Assembly (NCBI GenBank): GCA_030264375.1
Contig: JASCQW010000105.1
Coordinates: forward strand, 46,368,358-46,431,892
Length of the DNA stretch: 63,535 nucleotides
DNA from: Carcharhinus longimanus
Lineage: Eukaryota
Direction of reading: 5' to 3'
Shown here piece after piece: positions 24,151 through 36,078 of the stretch; positions within the stretch are counted from its first letter, which is position 1; every line of letters begins with the position of its first letter. The notes beneath the pieces were generated by a model. That model was not told the DNA's origin. It saw only the letters and a list, made by a program, of their open reading frames with translations, and made no database searches. A program made the translations under genes and the position numbers.

Positions 24151-25839
24151 ATCCTATTATGTTGCTGTTTGTGTACTCTCCAGATCTGCATTTTAAACAT
24201 TCCAGCATTCTGGCAAAAATAGCCTTTAAAGACACCATGCACTGTTTTATCCCCCTCTAACAATTTTTACAATTCTTTTACATCTTTATAAACATCCTTT
24301 ACATCTTTACAAACGCAACTTCACAACACTATTTTCTCCTCACAGATCCTGTCAGACCTGCTAAGACTTTCCAGCATTTTCTGTTTTTGTTTCAGATTAC
24401 AGCATCCACAGCATTTTGCTTTTTGCTTTAAAATCCATCTGCTCTACAAGTCTAAGAATCAAGGAATTAAGCAGTTGTTCGGTTGCATCTCAAGAAGTCT
24501 ACACTCAATTTTTGGTCAAACCATTATATTAACAAATAATTATTTCATGCCAACCATAGACCAGGATGCAACTGAGTAGATGTTACAAACTTTCAGCACG
24601 TGCCAATTTAAGGGTAATGAGAGATCTTTGTGATAGTTGGTCAATCTATTTAGTTTCTAGAAAAGGTTACATTTGGCTTTAGTTACTGCTTATTGACAAA
24701 TATTAACTTTAAAGATTGCAGCAATATTTTGTTCCTCAAATGTATCCTTGAACTTAAAGAAAGAACCAAAGTTCTGCATATTCGAAATATTAGTGGTATG
24801 CCATAATTATTTTGATGTTGGAGAGTGTGGCAGCCAATCTACTCACAAATGGCAATTAAGTAACCAGATAATCACCAAAATAATAAAAAAAATCATATTT
24901 CAAATTTATCCCTCTACCATCATAGTCAATCAAAACAAGAATTTTTTGTTCACAATCAGATTGAATATCAAAGTGAATACATCACTGCTTTTATGCTAAT
25001 AGTAAACCAAAATAAACAGAAAGGCTTATAAATTGTGCATTAAAAGGTGTGCACATATGCTTGGTAGCTATAACGAAGTTGCCAACCTTTCTCAAATTTG
25101 TTGAAATTAGTCCTGGGAAGGATTAGCTCATGAATATGAATTCAATTTATTTTCTTATTAAGCTCTGTTTAAGCAATTGAGTGGAATCATGTAAAATTAT
25201 TCAGGCTTGACTGCAATGAGTTAAATAGCTAGATAATCTATTACAGCATGCTAGTTCAAAATAAATATTAGCCAAGATACAGAGAACTCCCTTGCATTTC
25301 AAGAAGTATCATGGGATCTTTTACATTCAATTGAAAGGTCAGGGGTGGACATGATTAAACTGCTCATCTAAAAGAGGACAACACCAACAGCGCAGCACTC
25401 TGTTGTAATGTAGTGGAATGTTGATCTACATTATTCAGTTATTATGGGTTTATCTTGGGATTTGTTAGCTTCAGTCTCAAAGATTTATTCATGTTTATTT
25501 ACATAAATTTACTATTCACAAAGGTTAAAATAAGACCAAGGTGAAAATGGAGCTACTCTCCAAGATGCTTCACACTCATCGTCTCACAGTGAATGACATC
25601 ACTGTGACATAGTTCTTTTTGTACATGTTCAGTAGCTAGCATGTGTGTTAACCTTTTACTCTATAGTTATGTATTCATATTTCTGGAGCTAGCCTTGAAT
25701 CCATGACTTAATTCAAACAGATACCGCTGAGCCAAAATAGAATTCAGTTCGGTAGAACGTGTCATACCTCTGTTATTTGTTGACCTACCAAATAACCTCT
25801 TTGCTTCCAAATTACAGGGTGTTTTTTTGTGTAAATGGT

Positions 25840-26100
25840 AGCATCTTAGGCAAAGAGAATGAGTGAACACTAAATCTGTTTTGGTGGGTGTTGAAGGAAG
25901 AACATTAGCCAGCACACTTGAGAATGCCGTTTTAGGAGCAATGCCATGCAACAGACAGACAAGATCACAACGTAGCTCATCAGAAAAAACACTCCAGCAT
26001 TTGAGTGCTCCATCAATACTGCAGTGTTGTATTTTCTTTGATTGTCTGATTTGAGGGGCATTTGAGCTCATAACTCGCTGAGTCCTACTGACTCAGGCAG
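25840..26100 (-). mobile_element. Degenerate Deu-domain SINE (SacSINE1-like)
   Basis: Weak antisense similarity to 35630-36078. Confidence 0.45.
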
Positions 26101-26469
26101 AACAGAGAGATTGTGATGGACAGATTCTTAGCAATTTAGTTTCTGAAGGAGCATTGGAATTACATCAATGCTGGAAACTTAACTCAACAAGTACCAGCTT
26201 TGGGGGGAACATCTAATTATGAAGGAATCTCCGGGGTTGATGTCCAACTAAGTGCAGCATTCAGGGGAGCAGTGCTTAAAGGAACACTAGTAGCATGCAC
26301 AGTAAACTGACGATTGTTGACAACAAATCTTCAGAAGCAAACAGGAGAAGGTGATGGATGGCAAGGGAAGTGCAGCCTTGTGAATGCTGAACTGGAGATA
26401 AGGTGTGCTTTCCAGAGCATGGCTGAAGGCCCAACCACCTCGCTAGACAGGCATGGCTGGAGCTAATGA

Positions 26470-26755
26470 ATTCGATCGATTAAAAATCTGGAACCAAAAG
26501 TTTTTCCTCAGTAACGACAGCCACCAAACTACCACTGATTCTTGCAAAAACCTATTTGATTTACTGGTGCTCTCTAGGGAAGAAAATCTGCCTTCCTCAT
26601 CTGGTCTGGCCTACATACCACTCCAGAATCATGGTGATGTGATTGACTCTTAACTCTGAAATGATGTGGGAAGTCATGCAGTTAAAGGGCAAATTAGGGA
26701 TGGGCAACAAATGCTGACCTTGCCAATGACACCTACATCCCAAAAAAGAATCTAA
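26470..26755 (+). mobile_element. SINE 3' part with LINE-derived tail (family of 58604-58960)
   Basis: TAGGGAAGAAAATCTGCC..GGTCTGGCCTACAT..GACTCTTAACT..GGGCAAATTAGGGATGGGCAACAAATGCTG..CATCCC. Confidence 0.7.
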
Positions 26756-28642
26756 TTAGCAACACCCCAAAAGAATGACGCACTTTGATTCTACATCGCC
26801 AATGACAGCAAGAACACTCTCACTCAGCTTGCTGGCACTCCTCCATCTCACAATGACTGTGCTTAAATGATGTGTGCACATCCAAAATAAATAATAAAAC
26901 TTGAGCATTGATGGTGAATTTACCACTGCAGAGACAGCACACAAATTCTGGGAGGGTTGCAGAAATGGTAATGAAATGCCACCCATGTCCATCTTGACAG
27001 CAACAGAATAGGATACCCAGAGATCAAAAGGGTGGCGTCAGTGTAGGTTGTCATCAATAGAGAAATGGAGATGCCAAAGCAAATGGGTGAAAACATTTCA
27101 TTTGATATTTGCAGCTAATCTGACATGTGACTTATGTCCCCAGTTCATCAGTATGAGAAATATAATCAACAAAATGCAATTGCCAGGGGTCAAGTGATGT
27201 GAGTGGCTGCATTTTTGTATGCTCTGGTGTTACTCATTTTTAATCTTTGTTTATATCCTGATGCACAATCTGATTAATTGATCATGCTGTGCAATATTTT
27301 TAGAAAATCCTAGTTAAGTTTCCCGACTGCAAGAGGGATGAGGGTGGGGTGGCAAATTAAGTCAAAGAAATCTTTGTGTAATACAAAGTGTAACTGACTT
27401 AGATGGGGCCCAGTGGACAGTGACAATGTCACTGCTGAGCAGACCTATATTTGGGTGGCACTGTTGATGCCAAAATGAAGACCACTTTTATGAGCAAAAA
27501 CGTGGAAGGCATGCTTCTGAGCACAGATTATGAGTGACAACTGAGAGATAACCTACAGACAACGATGGTGCGGAGATCATAATCTTTTCATTCAAGAGAA
27601 AAGTTTCCTTGGTGAAGACTCGCCTTTGATCCTTGGAAAACCTGCAGCATTGAACGTTGAGAGATTCCCAGTTGATTTTAAGAACTGGCTGCCATTCATT
27701 CACAACCTCTAATTGAGCGCTGGGCATTATGAGCTCTATGAAACACATTTCATCCAGTTTTTGAGGCCTGGGATCGGCTGGAGGCCCTGACGGCTGGTCT
27801 TTCATTGCCTTGAGCTCAATGTTTGATGAGAGGGGTTGGAAGTGGCCACAGACATTCCCCATCTCCTGGAGCCTGGTCTCCTGCAAATCTGGCTTTGGGA
27901 CGATGACATAATGGAGATGTGGAAGTTTGAGTGAGATACTGGATGATTCCTGGATGTTCAACAATCTAGTCATGGTTTTGGTTCTGAAAGTGGCTTATAA
28001 TCCTGAAATTTGTTCTCTTGTGATTTTATTCCTGATTATGTGGTCATCTTATATCCTGATAAAGACATGTGTTGAACCTGTTGTCCTATAAATTCAGGAT
28101 CACTAACTTTTATATCTTTGCTGATAGTTCTTCCCTCGGTGTGCTCCAGTGATGTGAGGGGGAAGGAGTTTTGGTTCTCTGGCCTGCAGCCCTCTTCTTT
28201 TTTTTCTAGCTAGGGAGTGCTTTGATTGGGTTTAGACACTATATCCTTTTGACATCCATTTGACTACTTTGACTCAAACATTTTCAACTTCCTCAGCTTT
28301 GCCAACACTATTGATGGAATATGCCTGTCACCTAATTCCCTTTTCTACATGTAGTTCTTCACGTTATTTGCATTAAACTGTTCTGCCCAATTACATATCT
28401 CATCTACTTAATCTGTAGTTTCAGAGCTGCCTATTTTGATGCTACCTACCCTCCTCATCCATTATCTAGACATTTGACCTCTCTGCCTGAAGGAAATACA
28501 TGTGAATTAGAATTACAAGTCACCCAGCACAGTTAACCAGTGTAAAACCGATCTCATTATCATCACATTTTTACCTGTGGGACCTTTCTGTGCGCAAGTT
28601 GACTGCCTTATTTCATTATAATAGTGATGACATTTCAAAGAA

Positions 28643-29000
28643 CGGCATGGTGGCACAGTAGCTAGCATTGCTGCCTCACAGCGCCAGGGACCCAGGTTCA
28701 ATTCCGGCCTTGGGTGACTGTCTACGTGGAGTTTGCATATTCTCCTATGTCTGAGTGGGTTTTCGTCAGATGCTCTGGCTTCCTCCTACTGTCCAAAGAT
28801 GTCCAGGTTAGGTGGATTGGCCACAATAAATTGCCCCTTGGTGTCCAAAGATGTGCACCTTAGGGGGATTAGGTGAGTAAATGTGTGAGGTTATGAGGAT
28901 AGGGCCTGGGTAAAATGCTCTATTGGAGAGTCAGTGCAGTCTCAATGGGCTGCATGGCCTCCTTCTGCACTAATAGGGATTCTATGATGATTCTATGATG
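28643..29000 (+). mobile_element. Full-length HE1-type V-SINE
   Basis: tRNA-like head with GGTTCAATTCC, V-domain, and CR1-like tail ending (TTCTATGA)n. Inserted into an older Deu-SINE tail (28540-28640). Confidence 0.9.
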
Positions 29001-29669
29001 GAAGATCACACTTTACCAAAAAGACAAATTGAAGCATTGTCAGCTTTGTATGAGACCTAGAGACAATTATCTGCCCATACTACTGGCAGAATGTTATTTT
29101 GAACAATAATAGGGGATCCCATCATATGAATTAGAGAATGATGAACATTCTTTACCTTTGTTGTGATAGCAACATTTGGTAGTGAGGTGGATCATTAAAA
29201 TTTTCATAGTTGTTAGTCCTCCCAAGTTACTAAATCTTCAGAACAGTGAACATAACATAAGAAATAGGAGCAGGAGTAGGCCATCTGGCCCTTCGAGCCT
29301 GCCCCGCCATTCAATAAGATCATGNNNNNNNNNNNNNNNNNNNNNNNNNNNNNNNNNNNNNNNNNNNNNNNNNNNNNNNNNNNNNNNNNNNNNNNNNNNN
29401 NNNNNNNNNNNNNNNNNNNNNNNNTGACAGATCAGCCATGATCTTATTGAATGGCGGGGCAGGCTTGAAGGGCCAGATGACAACATACAAAAGATTTTGT
29501 GCATCAGTACAGATAATTGTCACAATGCTCTTTCCTTCAGCCTTTTCAGGTGGAAAAGTCATGTCAATAGTTGATTTATGGGAGACAGAGCTGACACCCT
29601 AAACCCATTAATAATTATCACATCTCAGTTGACCAAACAGGAACAATGCAGCACAGCGCAGTATGCGTC

Positions 29670-29865
29670 CGGCATGGGGGCACCCTGGTTAGCAATGCTG
29701 CCTTACAGCACCAGGGACCCGGGTTTGATTCCTGGCTTGGGTCACTGTCTGTGCAGAGTCTTCACGTTCTCTCCATGTCTGTGAGAGTTTCTTCTGAGTG
29801 TTCCAGTTTCCTCCCACAGTCCGAAAACCCGCGGTTAGGTGCATTGGCCATGCTAAATTCTCCTT
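29670..29865 (+). mobile_element. V-SINE, 3'-truncated
   Basis: CAGGGACCCGGGTTTGATTCC and V-domain TTCCTCCCACAGTCCGAAA. Confidence 0.8.
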
Positions 29866-30489
29866 CAAACTGGTCATGAAGAGAACTATCAAAATTTTAA
29901 GGCATGCTCTTTCTGCAGCAACATGTTAGTGGAGTGGAAGGGGCATGGGGATTTTGCAGAATGCTTCAGTTCACGTAGACTCAAGTTGTAACTTTTTGCA
30001 CACTGCACATCTTCATTATTCGAAAAGCCTCCAACATTCTAGGGAGGTAGTCCCAGCTTCTTTGCAGGTGAAGAAACATGGAATAGCATGTCAGAACTAC
30101 TGTCACTTGGAAAACTTACCAGTAAGTACTGCAAGGAGCATTGGTGCTATCTGATCACTGAACTCATCTTTTCCTTTCAACAGTCTACCTTGAGTATCAT
30201 TGCCTCACTCTTTTTCGGTCTTCAGATCAAAATCTGCTAATCTAATTACCATGGCTGGAACATGACAACACATCAACACATCAGACCTCTTTTCCCCTCC
30301 ATGGCCACGCTCATGATTAAGCTGGCACGAAATAAGAATCAGATTGGGTGAATCAACAAGGGGTAGAAAACATTAGTGGGAGCTATATATCGACTCCAAA
30401 CAGAAGTGATAATGTAAGGGATGGCATAAAACAGGAAGTTAGAGATGCAAGTATGCTACAGTAAGCATGGGTGACTTTAATCTACATAT

Positions 30490-30885
30490 AGGTCCCAATT
30501 TTACCATCAGGTTGCACCCATTTTCAGGCATGAAAACTTGGTAAAGTCAGGCATGAAGGAAGTAGCGCAATCCGCGTCCGCCACAGTTCCCCCTTTAACA
30601 ATCGCGAAAACGGTTGTGATCTGGACTGCGCCTGAAACATGCGCAATGTCCATTTAAATGCATTTGCATGCATTTAAATGGACTTAATGGGCTGCATACC
30701 CAACCTTATCGGCACCTCCCCCTTTACCACTGCATTTGCCTAACCAGATTCAGCACAAAACGGACATACACTACAAAACTCCAATTCGGGCGCTGCAGCT
30801 AGTGAGGAGGTAAGTGCTGAGTGTCCGATGACTGTCTGCTTGTGTGGGGGGGAGGGGGGGAGGACAGTGAGTCCAATGGCTGTCT
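30490..30885. mobile_element. Harbinger-like non-autonomous DNA transposon end
   Basis: Starts GGTCCCAATTTTACC, like the other GG..AATTTT-terminated MITEs here. CpG-rich, with an internal palindrome. Confidence 0.45.
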
Positions 30886-32033
30886 GCTTGCAAAGAACAA
30901 AAACAGCCCGGGAAACAGGCCCTTCGGCCCAACAAGCCTGCGCCGCCATCTGAACACCACCAGTTCCCCCCCCCTCCACCCATGACCCTTGTCTAATGTT
31001 TTATGGCCATCCACGTTGAGGCAAACTAATTTAGGGACAATTTATTACTGCCAATCAGCCTAACAGCACATCTTTGGGGTGTGGGAGGAAACCGGAGCAN
31101 NNNNNNNNNNNNNNNNNNNNNNNNNNNNNNNNNNNNNNNNNNNNNNNNNNNNNNNNNNNNNNNNNNNNNNNNNNNNNNNNNNNNNNNNNNNNNNNNNNNN
31201 NNNNNNNNNNNNNNNNNNNNNNNNNNNNNNNNNNNNNNNNNNNNNNNNNNNNNNNNNNNNNNNNNNNNNNNNNNNNNNNNNNNNNNNNNNNNNNNNNNNN
31301 NNNNNNNNNNNNNNNNNNNNNNNNNNNNNNNNNNNNNNNNNNNNNNNNNNNNNNNNNNNNNNNNNNNNNNNNNNNNNNNNNNNNNNNNNNNNNNNNNNNN
31401 NNNNNNNNNNNNNNNNNNNNNNNNNNNNNNNNNNNNNNNNNNNNNNNNNNNNNNNNNNNNNNNNNNNNNNNNNNNNNNNNNNNNNNNNNNNNNNNNNNNN
31501 NNNNNNNNNNNNNNNNNNNNNNNNNNNNNNNNNNNNNNNNNNNNNNNNNNNNNNNNNNNNNNNNNNNNNNNNNNNNNNNNNNNNNNNNNNNNNNNNNNNN
31601 NNNNNNNNNNNNNNNNNNNNNNNNNNNNNNNNNNNNNNNNNNNNNNNNNNNNNNNNNNNNNNNNNNNNNNNNNNNNNNNNNNNNNNNNNNNNNNNNNNNN
31701 NNNNNNNNNNNNNNNNNNNNNNNNNNNNNNNNNNNNNNNNNNNNNNNNNNNNNNNNNNNNNNNNNNNNNNNNNNNNNNNNNNNNNNNNNNNNNNNNNNNN
31801 NNNNNNNNNNNNNNNNNNNNNNNNNNNNNNNNNNNNNNNNNNNNNNNNNNNNNNNNNNNNNNNNNNNNNNNNNNNNNNNNNNNNNNNNNNNNNNNNNNNN
31901 NNNNNNNNNNNNNNNNNNNNNNNNNNNNNNNNNNNNNNNNNNNNNNNNNNNNNNNNNNNNNNNNNNNNNNNNNNNNNNNNNNNNNNNNNNNNNNNNNNNN
32001 NNNNNNNNNNNNNNNNNNNNNNNNNNNNNNNNN

Positions 32034-32440
32034 AAGAATAGATTATGAGAGTAAACTTGCAAATAACATCAAAGCAGATGCAAAAGCTCCTCCAAGTGTA
32101 TAAGTGGAAAAAATATTAGCTAAGGCAAATGTACAGGTTCTTTAAAGTTTGAAGCATGAGAATTTATAATAGAGAACAAGGAAACGGTGGAGCAATTGAA
32201 CAATTACTCGAGTTCTATCTTCTTGTAGGAAAACACAAATAATTTCCTAGGAATACAAAGGGAGCAAGGATATAGTGAGGGGGATGAATTGAAATAAATT
32301 AACATGACTAGTAAGAGTGTACTGGAGAAATGAATGGAACAGAAAATTGATAAATCCCTAGGGCCCGAGAATCTACATTCCTGAATGTGGCCATGGAAAT
32401 AGTGAATGAATTGGTTATCATCTTTCAACATTTAGTAGAT
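32034..32440 (+). mobile_element. CR1 ORF2 fragment
   Basis: IDYESKLANNIK; DKSLGPENLH; IVNELVIIFQH. Confidence 0.75.
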
Positions 32441-33695
32441 AAACATTCCCTTTTTAATTTTTGCTGTGGAATGTGGGGTCACAACAAAAACCTAATTCAT
32501 ATCTTCCTGCCCAAAGATTGTGCATACATGTTCCTTTATCTTGGCAATATCAATAGAATAGGCAGTATCTGTCCATTTCTCAAATATATTGTTTGAAGTT
32601 AGTTATTGTAACAAATTAGGAGCATGGAGACAGTCTATATAAATAATATCTAGCTTGGAATAAGGAAGAGGATTGACCATGTTTTAATATAAAATTGCTG
32701 ATGTTTAACCATAAAAAGGTGGAATTAATATTCTCTTTTATGACCAGCAACCCAAAGATCAATAATCCAGGGCATGGCCAGGTGATGCTTCTGCAATTGC
32801 AGAAAAGTAATTAGATACATAAACAATCATATTACAAAATTCTGTTAGTACTTCTTTTTACCTCGTTTAATGAATGTGTGGAAGCAGAATACAAGATATT
32901 TTTCCAAATATGTCCGAAACTACTTGGATAAGGAATACAATCATTAGGCTGGACAGCTGGCAAATGAAATGAAGAATGAAGGGATGTTGACTGTGTAAAT
33001 TAAAGGCTGGTGTATCACTTGAGAATGGCACATGAAATTCTCACATTGGATCTGGTGGCAGGTGGAAGCAGAGAAACTAATAGTCAAAAAGTCAGAAGCT
33101 CACTGGTGTAAAATCATGTTGCAATTCTCCCAACGACAGTATAATAGCAGGTTGATCTTCCTGTAGGCTGGTGGTATGAACACCACTTGCATTCATTTGC
33201 ATCTCTTGAATGATCATCAAAACATTTGGCCACCAGTGTCTTGTCAGGCTTTCCAAACTTGTGTCACACCAGCAAAAACTGCATCAGTCTAAAACCCAAT
33301 TGATAAATTGTGGCATGCACAACACAGTCCGCAGTTCGCAAGAGACTTGGAAGCAAGTTCAACAACTTCTGCCATAGTGCCGTGCTGCTCCTAATGTGCT
33401 GCTTAACACTCTGCCGGGGTAGGCCAGTTCCAGCCATTCATGCACACAATCTGGTGCAGGATCTTGCCATTGGAAATATACAATGAATGGTCAGATGCTA
33501 GGAAATACAAAAGCACCGGAGGGACTTTGGGGTCCATGTCCAAAAATCCATGAATTCAGAAGGGTAGGCAGATAGGGTGGTGAAGAAGACATAAAGGATA
33601 TTTACCTTTATTAGATGAGGCATGGAAAATAAGAGCAGGGAAGTTATAATGGAGCTGCATAAAATGTTTGTTAGGCTATAGCTAGGGTACTGTGT

Positions 33696-34005
33696 GGCTA
33701 GCAGTACGGCGGCAGTGGTTAGCACTGTGCCTTAGAGCGCCAGAGACCTGGGTCTGATTCCTGACTTGGGTCACTGTCTGTGCAGAGTCTGCATGTTTTC
33801 CTAGTGTCTGCATGGGTTTCCTCCGGGTGCTCTGGTTTCCTCCCACAGTCCGAAAGATGTGTTAGTTAGGTGCATTGGCCATGCTAAAATTCTCCCTCAG
33901 TGTAGTCGAACAGGCGCCGGAGTGCGGCAACTAGGGGATTTTCACAGTAACTTCATTGCAGTGTTAATATAAGCCTATTTGTGACACTAATAAATAAACT
34001 TTAAA
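33696..34005 (+). mobile_element. V-SINE with alternative tail, inserted in a CR1 fragment (33480-34160)
   Basis: Head and V-domain, tail GTGACACTAATAAATAAACTTT, flanked by ACTGTG repeats. Confidence 0.85.
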
Positions 34006-34166
34006 CTGTGCAGGTACAGAAGATAATGAGGGATGTTGGTCTTGATTTCAAGAGGATTTGAATACAAAAATAAAGTGTTGCTTCAATTGTATTGAACCTT
34101 GGCTGAACACATCTGGAGTACTATGTACAGGTCCCCTTAACTTAGGAAGTTAGATTTAACAAAATG

Positions 34167-34278
34167 TGGGTGGGAATTTCCCAGGGGAAATTGCAGCGGG
34201 TGGACAATGCAAAAGTCCATTGACCTTGGCTGGGATTCTCCAGTTTTGAGGCGAGCGTGGACGGAGAATCCCGCCCAC
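34167..34278. mobile_element. Short Harbinger-like MITE
   Basis: Imperfect terminal inverted repeats TGGGTGGGAATTTCC / GGAGAATCCCGCCCA. Confidence 0.6.
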
Positions 34279-34289
34279 AATCTATTTCT

Positions 34290-34541
34290 TCTCATAGAAT
34301 CCTACAGTGCAGAAGGAGGCCATTTGGTCCATCGAGTCAGCACCGATCACAATCTCATCCAGGTCCTATCCCCATAACCCAATGCATTTACCCTAGTAGA
34401 CCCCCTGACACTAAGGGACAATTTAGTATGGCCAATCCACCTAACCCTCACATCTTTGGACTGTGGGAGGAAACCGGAGCACCAGAAGGAAATCCATGCG
34501 GACAAGGGGAGAATGTGCAAACTCCAGACAGACGGTGACCT
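34290..34541 (-). mobile_element. HE1-type V-SINE, 5'-truncated
   Basis: Antisense V-domain and CR1-like tail. Confidence 0.85.
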
Positions 34542-34544
34542 TAG

Positions 34545-35290
34545 TTTGAAGGGTCAGTCACGTGGAGACAAAAGTGCAAGGTGAGGGGCAAGAGGTTGAA
34601 GGGGGATGTGGGGAAAAACTTTTTCACCCAGAGGGTGTGATGATCTGGATTGCGCTGTCTGGGAGGGTGGTACGGGAGGGTCGCCTCACATCCTTTAAAA
34701 ATTATTTGGATGAGCACTTGGCACATTCGTAACAGTTGGGGCTGTGGGCCGAATGTTGGCAGATGAGGGGTTTCTAATGTGTCAGTGCGGACTCGATGGC
34801 CTGAATGGCCTCTTCTGCACTCTATGTTTCAATGATTCATGGCAATATGAAAGAAACGTGGACTGAGACCNNNNNNNNNNNNNNNNNNNNNNNNNNNNNN
34901 NNNNNNNNNNNNNNNNNNNNNNNNNNNNNNNNNNNNNNNNNNNNNNNNNNNNNNNNNNNNNNNNNNNNNNCCCCTCCCCCTTAGTAGAGGGGTCAATAAA
35001 CAAGGCACACAGATTTATGATAATAAGCAAGGGATTTAAAGGGAATTTGAGAAAAAGCTTTTTCACCCAGAGGATGGTAGGAATCTGGAATTCACTGCCT
35101 GAAAAGATGGCAGAGGACGGAATCCTCACAACATTTAAAGAAGCATTTAGATGAGCATTAGATGCCATAGCAAACAAGGTTATGGACCTTGTGTTGGAAA
35201 ATGGGATTAGTATAGATAGGTGTTACATGGCTGGCTCAGACACGATGGCCCGAAGGACCTCCTTCTGTACTGTAAAACTTCATGACTCTG
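34545..35290 (+). mobile_element. Two CR1 3'-end fragments separated by a gap
   Basis: Each has TTTTTCACCCAGAG..TGG (FFTQRV) and a GGCC.GAA.GGCC-type tail. Confidence 0.8.
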
Positions 35291-35629
35291 AAGTCACCGC
35301 CAGAGTTGCCCAACAGCACACTTTTTCTCCAATTAGGAAAATCCAGTGAAACTGCTCAGGGAAACAGCATAGATTGAGATAAAGGAAACAATCCTTTGCA
35401 TGCTATAAGGGTATTGTTGTGGTGGGTTTCTCGCCATGGTTTGAACAATGACCGTGGCATATAATTGGGCACTTATTATTGACAGTGCTTCATGGTCCGC
35501 AAAGGTTCCCTTTTAATAACGAGCCCCAAGTCCACCTCTGAAAATGAGTATGAAGAACAATATTTAAAAGGGCTCCAGTTTCTGGAGGCAGTAAAAAAAT
35601 GTTTTTAAAGATGATGGACCAAGCTGACT

Positions 35630-36078
35630 TCAATATGTGATGAGTGCCAGCTGTAGGTCAGTGGATAACACTCTTGCCTTTCGGTCAAAAGGTTTTGGGT
35701 TAAAGTAGTACCATTGGGATTAAGTACAAAAAAGATCAAAGCAGACAATGCAGTACTGTTCGAAGGGAGAGCTACACTATCAGAATGGGAAATCAAGCTG
35801 ATGCCCCATCTTCCTGTTCGATGTACATAAAAGATCTTCTGTCATTATTTTGAAGACAGACAGAAAAGCTATTTCTGATGTTCTGGACAATTTTATCTCT
35901 CAATCAACATCACAGAAGCAGGTTATGTGGTAATTATGACCAGAGGGTTTGTTGGAGCTTACTGTGTACAAATTGGGTGTCATGCTTGACAACAGTGACT
36001 AGTTCAGAAGTACTTCATTGGCTGTAAAGTGCTTTGAGATGTCTGATATTTCTGTAAAGCATTCAGAAAATACAAGTC
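35630..36078 (+). mobile_element. Deu-domain SINE (SacSINE1/AmnSINE1-related), near full length
   Basis: tRNA-like head GCTGTAGGTCAGTGG..CACTCTTGCC; central AAAAGATC..TATTTTGAAG..CAATTTTATCTCTCAATCAACATCAC; tail AAGTACTTCATTGGCTGTAAAGTGCTTTG. Confidence 0.7.

Noticed and set aside
28643-28715. tRNA-like A/B boxes
   Set aside because: SINE heads with no full cloverleaf; not tRNA genes.
29250-29480. Inverted CR1-tail pair around a 100-N gap
   Set aside because: A high-copy repeat at both contig ends; cannot be distinguished from an assembly artefact.
30068-30121. Plus-strand exon-like cassettes (also ~15718-15748 and ~53770-53999)
   Set aside because: Splice-like signals only, with no recognisable protein or consistent chain; within chance expectation.
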